Below, piece by piece: positions 37,273 through 45,553 of a stretch of 64,000 nt of DNA. Source of the DNA: a virus; the IMG/VR virus record IMGVR_UViG_3300042556_001828, positions 1 to 64,000 of that record; one strand, written 5' to 3'. A program made the translations under genes and the position numbers. A model generated the notes under the pieces. The model did not search any database and had not been told where the DNA came from. It worked only from the letters and a program-made list of their open reading frames with translations. Position 1 is the stretch's first letter; each line of letters starts with the position of its first letter.

Positions 37273-38298
37273 TCAGATGTTACCCTGCGCGCCATAATTC
37301 TTAAGCTTCTTCGGCGGCCAGCCGTTCACGCCAGAGATGGCAATCATATAACGGTTTTTGATATCTGCCCAGCGAGCCCAGAACGAACCCACCGGAATAT
37401 CTACTGTCGTGCCAAAGATGCGCCGACTTCCGTCATTCCACGAACCCCAGCTGTTTTGGACCATCACGAGCGGGCCGTTATACAGCTTTTTAATTTCGTC
37501 GCGGTCGTCCACGGCCAGATAAGCGAGGGCGTGGGCCCACCCGCCCTGCCTATTACTCACGCCGTTTAAGTCACGTGTCGACGAGAAGCCTTCTCCGCCG
37601 CAGCTGCTCACGCAGTACCCGTTAGCTAACAGATCACGCAGCGCTTCGTATTCTTCGACTTCTGTAACAGTTTGCACAAGATGGTTCTTACCAATCTCGC
37701 GCCACGACTCCGGGGGCGTTTTACCGCCATAAATCCCGGCATTGCGCGAGCTGTACTGCGTGAAGTCGACGTCGATTTCATCGTACTTTTTGCGCAACCA
37801 CAGGCCGGAATCATTCAGCACTACTTGGGCGGCTTCAGCGCAGCTCCAGCCGTCCCCGCCGTGCCGGCGCCAATTGTAAATCGCTTCCGTGCTGAGGACG
37901 CCGTTGAGTCGCGCAGTATCAGAAACTTCCGGGGCGCCTTCTAACTTATTGCTGTTCGGATCGGGCACGCCGCTGGTAATTTCGCAGCACATGGTGCCCA
38001 AGCAGGCGTTCCGCGTCGACCATGAAACACAATCGCCACGGCCCTGCGCGCCACCCGGCAACGACTCTGGATAGAGCTTCAGGATCTCAAGAAACGGAAG
38101 GCTTAATTTGCCTTTGCCGGTTTCCTCAAGTTTATATGCCGAGCATGCCATGGCGCCGTCGGGGATACCACCAGCGGCTTGGATCTGATCGCGCAACGCT
38201 TCTGCAGCTTCGGGGCTGCTATATGCGCCCACGAAGCCCGTTTGATACGCTGCCACAACGTCATAGACGTTCTCAAAAAAATGCTCGTTGGCGGCCAT
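37273..38298 (-). CDS. Papain-like (C1) cysteine peptidase
   Basis: QGRGDCVSW (Gln, Cys), WAHAL (His) and QNSWG (Asn). Confidence 0.85.
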   Translation of the reverse strand: MAANEHFFENVYDVVAAYQTGFVGAYSSPEAAEALRDQIQAAGGIPDGAMACSAYKLEETGKGKLSLPFLEILKLYPESLPGGAQGRGDCVSWSTRNACLGTMCCEITSGVPDPNSNKLEGAPEVSDTARLNGVLSTEAIYNWRRHGGDGWSCAEAAQVVLNDSGLWLRKKYDEIDVDFTQYSSRNAGIYGGKTPPESWREIGKNHLVQTVTEVEEYEALRDLLANGYCVSSCGGEGFSSTRDLNGVSNRQGGWAHALAYLAVDDRDEIKKLYNGPLVMVQNSWGSWNDGSRRIFGTTVDIPVGSFWARWADIKNRYMIAISGVNGWPPKKLKNYGAQGNI

Positions 38299-38319
38299 GG
38301 CATGTCTCCGGCATGTAGA

Positions 38320-38679
38320 TCAACCGTTCGTGGTATCAGTCTCAGGTGTGACGTCCTCAACAACCGGCGCGTCATCCACCACCTTCTCGCTAACCAGTGT
38401 CACGTTGAAACCACCGGGCTGCGCAGGGGCAAGCGTGTCGAGCGCAACGAACTCAACCGTCGCCGGCGCCGACTTGTTACCGGAATCATCAACGTCGACC
38501 AAAGAAAGCACAACGAGCGAATCTTGCGGCACGTCCACAGAACCAAGGTCAGTTGCATTCCCGGCAGCCGTCACCACCGATGACTCAACGCCGTTCACCG
38601 TCACGGTCAACTCACGCGACACGACGTCGCCGTCAACCGGGGCATTCACAGAAACACGATATGTCAGAACATTCGCCAT
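38320..38679 (-). CDS. Ig/FnIII-like acidic protein
   Basis: GAGGTG SD before MANVL. Contains the VDVDDSGNKSAP...DTLAPAQP pattern. Confidence 0.6.
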   Translation of the reverse strand: MANVLTYRVSVNAPVDGDVVSRELTVTVNGVESSVVTAAGNATDLGSVDVPQDSLVVLSLVDVDDSGNKSAPATVEFVALDTLAPAQPGGFNVTLVSEKVVDDAPVVEDVTPETDTTNG

Positions 38680-38857
38680 AGTCTCACCTCTTTGTAAAAC
38701 GACTCTCAAACCTACCGGCACACTTACAAATATGTTTAAGCCGCGATAGAGCGCGGCGTACACGGCAAGCGCGATGTACACCAAATACCACAACAAAACC
38801 AGCGTATAACCTACTTTTGCTGCAAGAAGAATCACTGTATCAGCCATCTCAAAATTC

Positions 38858-39313
38858 CTATCGCGCGGACGCCGCAATGGTGTCGCACGCGTCGATTAAC
38901 TTGGCCTGTGTTTCCGGCGTACCGGGCACCACGTCATCCGTGCCTACCTTGGCCAGAAACACAGCCTCAATCGCCCGATCCAGTCCCGGATACTTGCCGG
39001 GCTGGTCAATCGCAAGCCGCAACGTATTAGCTTGTAGATCAGCCCACTGCTCCGTAGTTGTGACCCGCGTACCAGCGTCGCGCTTCAAAATCACGCTCAG
39101 CGCCGAGTACACGTCGCGAATACGCAGCTTGTCGGCCGCGTCGGCTTCGGCGAGAAGCTTTACAATCTCCGAATCAGTAGCCTGCGGAGTTACCGGCGCA
39201 GACGGCGACACAGTTGGCCGCACAACGGTCGGTCCGTTGGGGAACAGCAGCGACACCGCCAGTAAAATACCGGCCAGAACAACTAACACACCGCCAGAAT
39301 TTTTTGTGGTCAT
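38858..39313 (-). CDS. Membrane-anchored/exported protein
   Basis: N-terminal TM or signal segment, Pro-rich linker and a helical domain. Confidence 0.7.
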   Translation of the reverse strand: MTTKNSGGVLVVLAGILLAVSLLFPNGPTVVRPTVSPSAPVTPQATDSEIVKLLAEADAADKLRIRDVYSALSVILKRDAGTRVTTTEQWADLQANTLRLAIDQPGKYPGLDRAIEAVFLAKVGTDDVVPGTPETQAKLIDACDTIAASAR

Positions 39314-39591
39314 ACAACACCCTTTGACGGTTGCTGGTACTCGACAATCACGCGCAGCAACACAGTGCACGCGTCAACACCTTCAGTGCAGCCCTCGGCG
39401 GCCAAGCGGTCGCGCAAGTTAGTCACCGACACAATATCGTTCACCAGATTCACGGCGATCGACGGCTGCACTGCGGGCACGTCGGACTTCTTGCGAAACA
39501 AGCCACGGACAACCGCCGCAAGCTGTGCCCGATACACAACCAACACCGCCAGTACAAACAACGCAGCGCAGAGCAATTGAAAAGATGTCAT
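39310..39591 (-). CDS. Small membrane protein
   Basis: N-terminal TM helix, GGAG SD, ATGA overlap with the next gene. Confidence 0.7.
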   Translation of the reverse strand: MTSFQLLCAALFVLAVLVVYRAQLAAVVRGLFRKKSDVPAVQPSIAVNLVNDIVSVTNLRDRLAAEGCTEGVDACTVLLRVIVEYQQPSKGVV

Positions 39592-39628
39592 AAAAACTCC
39601 AGTCGTAAACAGTGGTTACTTGAGTGTA

Positions 39629-40459
39629 TCACGTCTTGGGAACTAACACGTACGGTCGGCCATTGATAACAATAGTGCCGCCGACGCGCAATGAGGCGTC
39701 TTGGGTAATCGCGTACGGCTTGGTCCGCTTGCCGTACAGTTTTACGATCTCCTCAACGTCGCCCTTCTGCGGCGCAGTAACGTTCGGATCGTAGTACGGC
39801 GCCATCAGGTTGCCGTTGCTCAAATGCGGCAAACCCAGCGCGTGGCCCAATTCGTGGCAGATCACCGCCACGGCCATGTTGAAGCTCCATGCCTCGGCCT
39901 CGTCAAACATCTGATCCAGCTGCACGTTCTCCGCCACGCCGCACGGCAGCTCGCTCCACGCCAGTGTGCCGCCGCGGTCATCTAACCCGTTTGCTCGACC
40001 CACACCCGACTTGGCGTAAATGTTTGCTTTATTCGGCGTGTCCACGCGAGTGGGGTCGATGTCGCACACCTTGGCCCACTGCGAGAACGCAATGTCATAG
40101 GCCTCTTTCACCTGCTCGTCTGTCATGCCCGGCAGGGTAATCTCGTGGTGGTACGTGATCTTCGCCATCGGCCACTTGCACGGCGCACTGTTCGCCGCCG
40201 TGATGTTGAAGTCCGGCAGGCCGCACCGACGCTTATTGATATTATTGGCGGTCTTCGGCCCCACCACGCCCGTGGGATTCAGCCCGTGAAACGACTGAAA
40301 AGCCTTGATGGCCTTGGTCAGCTGCGTGCCCTTGAGCTTCTGCACGTCAGCCCACGACTTCGAGCCGAAATAGCCCAGATCGTAGAGTTTCTTCAGGATC
40401 TCTTGCGTGGGCAGCACATTCGCCGCCGGAATTGCGCGCTTTTTTGCTTTCTTGGCCAT
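39629..40459 (-). CDS. Matrixin (M10) metallopeptidase with a peptidoglycan-binding-like prodomain
   Basis: AIKAFQSFHGLNPTGVVGPKT, cysteine switch RCGLPD, HELGHALGLPH and Met-turn LMAPYY. Confidence 0.9.
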   Translation of the reverse strand: MAKKAKKRAIPAANVLPTQEILKKLYDLGYFGSKSWADVQKLKGTQLTKAIKAFQSFHGLNPTGVVGPKTANNINKRRCGLPDFNITAANSAPCKWPMAKITYHHEITLPGMTDEQVKEAYDIAFSQWAKVCDIDPTRVDTPNKANIYAKSGVGRANGLDDRGGTLAWSELPCGVAENVQLDQMFDEAEAWSFNMAVAVICHELGHALGLPHLSNGNLMAPYYDPNVTAPQKGDVEEIVKLYGKRTKPYAITQDASLRVGGTIVINGRPYVLVPKT

Positions 40460-40490
40460 GCGTTGCGTCCTTGCAAGCGAAAAGAAAAGA

Positions 40491-40895
40491 TTAGTCCGGT
40501 ACGTTCGCGAGGGCCAGCAGCTCATTGAGCGCCGCGTCCTCGGCAGTTTCTCCCAATTCATACATAACCGTCAGCATGGGATTCGGATCCCTTGGATTCA
40601 CCGGGTAATCAGGAAATTCTTCGCGCCACAGCTTGTTCACCCGGCGCCGCAAGCGCATCAGCTTCCGCGGCGGCAAGGTCCGAATGTTCCGCATGTCCTG
40701 CAGCAGTTCAGCTTTATTTTTGTTCTTGCAGTACGTGGCGATTTGAATGGCCAAAGAGATCATGCTGAGAATCAAAATAATGCCAAACTGCGCAGAGTTG
40801 TCCACGCGAAAAGACATCTCTGTCATGCACTTATCGCGCAGCTCGCGCAGGGCGGGCGACGCGTTCACTTTGGCTTCCAGCTCTTCCAGTTGCAT
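40491..40895 (-). CDS. Single-TM membrane protein
   Basis: FGIILILSMISLAIQIATYC followed by a basic region. Confidence 0.7.
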   Translation of the reverse strand: MQLEELEAKVNASPALRELRDKCMTEMSFRVDNSAQFGIILILSMISLAIQIATYCKNKNKAELLQDMRNIRTLPPRKLMRLRRRVNKLWREEFPDYPVNPRDPNPMLTVMYELGETAEDAALNELLALANVPD

Positions 40896-40897
40896 GC

Positions 40898-41275
40898 TTA
40901 GAAACTCCCGTCTGACCGCAGTTTTTCAACTGCAATCGCTTCCATGTATCGGAATCGGGCGTCGATCATCTTGGCCCGGATCTGCGTGCGGCCGGAGATG
41001 TACTTCCAAATCAGCGCGCTGTTGAGTACCACGACCTGTGTTGCGCCAAGGAGCGCCGTCAGGGCCTTAGTGATTGTTTCAGCGTCAGACGTGTTGATCC
41101 AGCCGATCATCACCGCAACCATTACCAAATTCGACACGGCGCCCGCGGCCATCGTCCAGAATTCGGGGGTCAGCCAGCTGTTTGTGTCGTCTGCGGCCGG
41201 CGTGACATCATTGACGGAATCATTCAGCACACGCAGCTCTTCGCGTACCGTTGTAACACTTTTCTTTGTGGCCAT
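40898..41275 (-). CDS. Holin-like membrane protein
   Basis: WLTPEFW followed by two TM helices, AGGAG SD, first gene of the membrane/protease cluster. Confidence 0.5.
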   Translation of the reverse strand: MATKKSVTTVREELRVLNDSVNDVTPAADDTNSWLTPEFWTMAAGAVSNLVMVAVMIGWINTSDAETITKALTALLGATQVVVLNSALIWKYISGRTQIRAKMIDARFRYMEAIAVEKLRSDGSF

Positions 41276-41348
41276 GTGTATATCTCCTGTGAGTAGGTTT
41301 CTCTATTGTGCCAGAGAACCCCGGAGACAGCAACAGCCGTTACTGTAA

Positions 41349-42380
41349 TTAACGTGACCCAAAGAGTTGCGGCACAATGGCGTGCATCATGCCGCCCCAC
41401 AAACCCATGTCCTGTAACTTATTCTGCCCTTCGGGCGTTAACCCGGCCAACGCAGACAAGGTACGGCCCGCGAGATTTGCCGTCGCCAGCCCAACGCCCG
41501 CGGACGCAATCCCGTGAATGACGTCAATCGGCCGGATAATCGGCGATCGGTTTTGCGTGCTGAGCCCGGCCATAAGTCCTGTCGTCGCCGCGGCATACTG
41601 GGGCGGCGTGTGATTTTGATATCCGTAGGCCATGCCGCGCTGCACGTCATTCCACGCGGCGCTATTAAACTGCGGCACCGACACCGTGGGCGAATACAGC
41701 CCAGAGTCGCCGGGCACCATCGGATTCGGCCCCGGATGGAAATCAAACGCGAGCTTTTCGGCGGCGCTGTATTTCACTGGTGTGTCATTACGCGTGAGCA
41801 AGCCCTGAAACAGATTTGTTTTCATCGCCCGCGAGTTGGCATAGGCGTTATTGAGCCCAATGCCGGCGCCAAACAGTAGCCCCGCATTACCCAGTGTGCG
41901 CCGTAATTTGCCCCGCTGGATATACCGCTCGGGGAACAAGTGCTCGGCAAGTGCGCCAGCGCCGTACCCCAGTCCGCCGGCGACCAACCCGCTGACAATA
42001 CCGTTGGACAGCGGCGTCGGTCCACCCAGTAATTTATTGGCCGTGTCCCATGCACCGGCCGTCCAGTTCGAGAGGGCGCCGCGCTTCACAATCAGCTCGT
42101 AGTCCCAGTCCGGCTGCGGGCCACTGACGATAGCCAACGGGCGGGCACTATCAACCATTTCGCGTTCGTAGATATCGACAGCCTGCTTGGTAGCCCGTTC
42201 TGGCAAATACAGCGTCACGGCATTGGTATCAGGTGCCCATGTCGCCACGCCAACACTTAACAAACCAGCCTTGTCCGCGGCGATTTCGTGCGCGACTTTG
42301 ACGGCGATAGCGCAGGGCATCAGCTCGGCGATTCGGGCCGGGACGCGCTGCCACTCAGTTGCTGTAAGCTTTTCAAACAT
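41349..42380 (-). CDS. Gly/Ala-rich putative virion protein
   Basis: Glycine-zipper segments with VKVAH and EKLAF motifs. Confidence 0.7.
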   Translation of the reverse strand: MFEKLTATEWQRVPARIAELMPCAIAVKVAHEIAADKAGLLSVGVATWAPDTNAVTLYLPERATKQAVDIYEREMVDSARPLAIVSGPQPDWDYELIVKRGALSNWTAGAWDTANKLLGGPTPLSNGIVSGLVAGGLGYGAGALAEHLFPERYIQRGKLRRTLGNAGLLFGAGIGLNNAYANSRAMKTNLFQGLLTRNDTPVKYSAAEKLAFDFHPGPNPMVPGDSGLYSPTVSVPQFNSAAWNDVQRGMAYGYQNHTPPQYAAATTGLMAGLSTQNRSPIIRPIDVIHGIASAGVGLATANLAGRTLSALAGLTPEGQNKLQDMGLWGGMMHAIVPQLFGSR

Positions 42381-42384
42381 GATA

Positions 42385-42648
42385 TTACCGATTAAACATG
42401 AATATGATGTCGAGCATAAAGCGCAGGAGCACCGCCGCCCACGCGAGTACGCCGCTGATAGCTAAAAAAAGCACAAACCCGCTCGACAGCACAACGGGGG
42501 CTAATTTATGCACCGGAATATTTTTGAGCACCCGCCACGCCTTGACGTAGTCCAGCGCGGAGAGCGGCTCAGGCTGCGGCACCGGGGTTGGTGTCGGCTT
42601 CGGCTTCGGCCAAATCTTGTTGCGCAACGTGTCGAACACATTCGGCAT
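42385..42648 (-). CDS. Small membrane protein
   Basis: PKPKPTPTPVP linker and a C-terminal TM segment. Confidence 0.5.
   Translation of the reverse strand: MPNVFDTLRNKIWPKPKPTPTPVPQPEPLSALDYVKAWRVLKNIPVHKLAPVVLSSGFVLFLAISGVLAWAAVLLRFMLDIIFMFNR
42451..42511 (-). terminator. Terminator-like element, third copy of hairpin-T7-AGCTATCAGCG
   Basis: GCATAAA..CCCG..CGGG-TTTGTGC-TTTTTTT-AGCTATCAGCGGC, matching the elements at 61130 and 61979. Confidence 0.55.
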
Positions 42649-42649
42649 G

Positions 42650-43816
42650 TTATTTCGGCCCTCCGGCCCAGCTGGAAATCTGGTTCAGCGCGCCAGAACC
42701 ATACTGCGAGATCAACTGGTCCTGCCACGATGGTCCGGGCATGTTGCCGCGAAACGCCTGCAGGGCCAATTGATATCTATATTTGGGGTCCAGCGCCGCC
42801 CGGTAGCGCTGCTGATTTTGCTGGGCCTGCAGGATGAAGTCCCCGCGCTGCTTGACTGTCTGCAAGTGATTCTGGACGTTCTCAAACACAGGCTTGTTGT
42901 AGTCGTACTTCAGCGGCCGCTGCAGCAACGACTGCGCGAGCTGCTGGGCGTACACGCTTTCGCTCATCTTCTCTACGAGCGTTTCTTTTTCGTAGTAGCG
43001 CGGGTCTTGGGACAGGTGATCCTTGGCAATTTCTTTGGCGACTTGATCATTGTCTGTGTGTTCGCGCTCATCTGCTTGTCCTTCTTGAAGGGCTTTGGTG
43101 GCAAATTCCCGGTCGGGCATATTATCGGCTTTTCCGCCATGTAACAGGTCTTTTTGTCCCGAGCGGGAAAGTTGGCTAGCCGCCTTCAACTCGCCGCGGC
43201 TCGATGCTTGAACAGGCATGGTGTTCTCGTCCGCGTTGCCCTTGCTCACGCTGTTGTGGCGCAGCACGTTCTTGCGGCGCACAGCCACGGTAATGTGAAA
43301 CGGCTCGTCGTCCTTGGGCATCGGAGATAAGCCGTAGCTCTTGCGCAGCGCAGACAGCGCGGGGCTTGTGACTTGCAGCGCCCAGACTTTGCTCACGCCG
43401 TCGACGTTGCGCACGTCGATTTCTTTCAGGGCGCCCAGCGCGTAGCCGAACATGTGGCCGCGCTCATTGATTTTGTTCGCGCCGATGGATGCGACCTCAT
43501 CGCCTGTCATGACCGATATATGCGCGTTTAACAGCTCGTTCGCCACGTTGGGCACGTTCATAACGCCCGCGGTGGGAAGTTCAGCGCCCGGGGCGGTCAA
43601 GGCGTCGAAGACACCCCGTACAAGGGCGTTGGGCACCGAGAGTAAAAGCCAGCCGGACTTAGAGACATACAGCCGGCCCGAAAGCGGCTGATTGGTGCTG
43701 GCCTGCTTGTCGCCCCGATAGAGCCAGCCCAGCGCATTGCCGGCAGCATACGCCGGATGTTCTTGCAGAAACTCAGGATCCCATGCCAGCGGATCAAGCG
43801 CTGATAAGCTGTCCAT
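42650..43816 (-). CDS. Multidomain protein: 2H phosphoesterase plus a DUF5661-like domain
   Basis: Two HxS/T motifs (AHISV, FHITV) and GGKAD...EREHTDND..AKEIAKDHLSQDPRYY. Confidence 0.7.
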   Translation of the reverse strand: MDSLSALDPLAWDPEFLQEHPAYAAGNALGWLYRGDKQASTNQPLSGRLYVSKSGWLLLSVPNALVRGVFDALTAPGAELPTAGVMNVPNVANELLNAHISVMTGDEVASIGANKINERGHMFGYALGALKEIDVRNVDGVSKVWALQVTSPALSALRKSYGLSPMPKDDEPFHITVAVRRKNVLRHNSVSKGNADENTMPVQASSRGELKAASQLSRSGQKDLLHGGKADNMPDREFATKALQEGQADEREHTDNDQVAKEIAKDHLSQDPRYYEKETLVEKMSESVYAQQLAQSLLQRPLKYDYNKPVFENVQNHLQTVKQRGDFILQAQQNQQRYRAALDPKYRYQLALQAFRGNMPGPSWQDQLISQYGSGALNQISSWAGGPK

Positions 43817-43835
43817 AGCTGGCCTTCAGGATGTC

Positions 43836-44045
43836 TTACGAAATAATGCCGCGTTCGATTAATGTCGAGAAAATATCCCACACCTTCTGGCAGCGCAGTT
43901 CGTGAAGCTCTTGGATTCCAATCAGCGTGTTGGCCAGCATGTCCGGTGTGGTCTCGCCGTCTAACACACGGCCCGTGATTAACTTCAGGTCTTCTGTTGT
44001 ATTAAAACAAGCCGTGATCGCTTCTTCCAACTCGAACCGGTCCAT
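43836..44045 (-). CDS. Conserved small phage protein
   Basis: 69 aa (MDRFELEEAITAC...) with a GGAG SD. Confidence 0.7.
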   Translation of the reverse strand: MDRFELEEAITACFNTTEDLKLITGRVLDGETTPDMLANTLIGIQELHELRCQKVWDIFSTLIERGIIS

Positions 44046-44062
44046 GGTTTTCTCCGTGTGTG

Positions 44063-44134
44063 CTGCCTGACTAGGATTTGAACCTAGAACCTAGCGGTTA
44101 ACAGCCGCGCGCTCTACCGTTGAGCTATCAGGCA
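44063..44134 (-). tRNA. trnN: tRNA-Asn(GTT)
   Basis: TGCCTGA/TCAGGCA acceptor stem, GCTC/GAGC D stem, CT-GTT-AA anticodon loop and CTAGG-TTCAAAT-CCTAG T arm. No encoded CCA. Confidence 0.95.
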
Positions 44135-44140
44135 CTAGTG

Positions 44141-44332
44141 TCAGGGTTGAGCTTGAATCGTCGTCGTCGCCTCGATCGGTGGGCTGGCGTCAGCGGTTTT
44201 ATGCGCCGCGGCAGCGTAGGCTGAAAAGAGCAACAGGCCGCAGAACAAGAGCGACGCGCCCCACGACACAACGCTCAGACATTTACGGGTGGTCATGCTC
44301 ATCGGCGGGATCTCCTGCGTGATCGCGTTCAT
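44141..44332 (-). CDS. Small membrane/exported peptide
   Basis: One TM segment, overlapping the end of the upstream gene. Start is uncertain. Confidence 0.45.
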   Translation of the reverse strand: MNAITQEIPPMSMTTRKCLSVVSWGASLLFCGLLLFSAYAAAAHKTADASPPIEATTTIQAQP

Positions 44333-44639
44333 GGACGATGGTGACTTTAATACCAGCCCCGGACAACAGCGAAATAGCCAAATCGGTCAACGTGGAGCCG
44401 CCCATGCCGGCCAGCACGCAAATTCCGATCAAGCCGTATACATTCTCAGCTTTGCGGTAGTTTTGATACCAGATCAGCGCAATCGCTAACCCCAGAAACC
44501 CGGCGTTAAGCATCGCGCTGACCACTGCTAGTTTAGACAGTTTCCGCGCAAACCGCAAAAGGGTTGCCAGCCCAGCAAAAGCCGCCGCCCCAAAGGCGCT
44601 GCTAAACACTGATAACGCGTGTAAGTAATCATGGTCCAT
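44283..44639 (-). CDS. Three-TM holin-like protein
   Basis: Three hydrophobic helices and a charged C-terminus. ATG start MDHDY. Confidence 0.55.
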   Translation of the reverse strand: MDHDYLHALSVFSSAFGAAAFAGLATLLRFARKLSKLAVVSAMLNAGFLGLAIALIWYQNYRKAENVYGLIGICVLAGMGGSTLTDLAISLLSGAGIKVTIVHERDHAGDPADEHDHP

Positions 44640-44698
44640 AGCGCGTAACTGCTTTGTTGCCAACGACTTTCGCGTTTCGCGAATCCCGGAATAACTAA

Positions 44699-44919
44699 TG
44701 TGTCAAAAGCCCTCGCGATCCCCTTCCGCGAGTCCGGTTCCAGCCGAAGCCGGAATTCTGTAGCGACTTACAAGGTTAATAAATTAACCAGTGTGGCATT
44801 CGCTACTCCTCCACCCGTGAGCCCGACAAAATCTGACCACGGAACCTGTAACCCCCTTCGCATCCCTGCTCCAGAAGAAACGCCTAACCAGCCGGCCACC
44901 ACGACTAACTTTTGACACA
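44699..44919 (-). ncRNA. Candidate structured ncRNA (~220 nt)
   Basis: Closing 11-bp inverted repeat TGTGTCAAAAG/CTTTTGACACA, several internal stems and a C(UUCG)G tetraloop. Intergenic. Confidence 0.6.
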
Positions 44920-45006
44920 CCTTCAGTTTAACAGCTCGTATTACCCTCAGCATAAGGGATACGCAGCTCAACCCTGAGTTGTCAAAGAACAGAGAGAAAC
45001 AAACGG

Positions 45007-45465
45007 TCAAATGTAGCTTGACGGTTCGTTGCTGCAGATCCCGGCCGGCTCATAGTTGTCCAGCCAGTCTGCGGCGGCCAGTTCGGGGTACACGGCAATC
45101 GAACGCGGCGCCAGCTCTCGCGGCGGTAATGTCCAGATGAATTGGTGGCTGGTCATCGTTAAATCCGCCGCCGTGGCAATAAACGCGTGGGCGCCGATGT
45201 TGCACAGCGCGTCGAGCGTGTCGGCGTCGTGGCAGCGGGCCCACACGCGCTGTTTTGAGAAAAATGCCGGCGGCGCGTACTGCATGCCCTTGGCCGTCGG
45301 CAACAGAAACGCCCCGTTGCTGAAAACAACCTCGGCGCAGATGTGATACCCAGCATCCAGAGCCGCCTGTAAGTATTTCAGCTGATTTTCTTTGTCTGGT
45401 TGCCGGCCGGAGATGTTGCCAAGATGCGCAATAATAATTCCGTCAAATCCTCGCCGGCCGCCCAT
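45007..45465 (-). CDS. GDPD/PLC-like phosphodiesterase homolog (degenerate)
   Basis: IIAHLGN...EN...ALDAGY resembles the IAHRGN..EN..GYDVEID family. Confidence 0.6.
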   Translation of the reverse strand: MGGRRGFDGIIIAHLGNISGRQPDKENQLKYLQAALDAGYHICAEVVFSNGAFLLPTAKGMQYAPPAFFSKQRVWARCHDADTLDALCNIGAHAFIATAADLTMTSHQFIWTLPPRELAPRSIAVYPELAAADWLDNYEPAGICSNEPSSYI

Positions 45466-45553
45466 ATTAACATCCTTGTTAACGACTCTACATCCGCCAC
45501 GCTCGGGCGAGCTGCCTATCGTACTGGGCGACCGGAAAGCTGTCCAGAAAGAC

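Noticed and set aside
44121-44131. AGCTATCAG within tRNA-Asn matching the cassette motif
   Set aside because: It is in the opposite orientation and explained by the ordinary acceptor/D-arm sequence, so probably coincidental.
44768-45010. 80-aa minus-strand ORF
   Set aside because: TTG start, no SD, and it overlaps the nested RNA helices.
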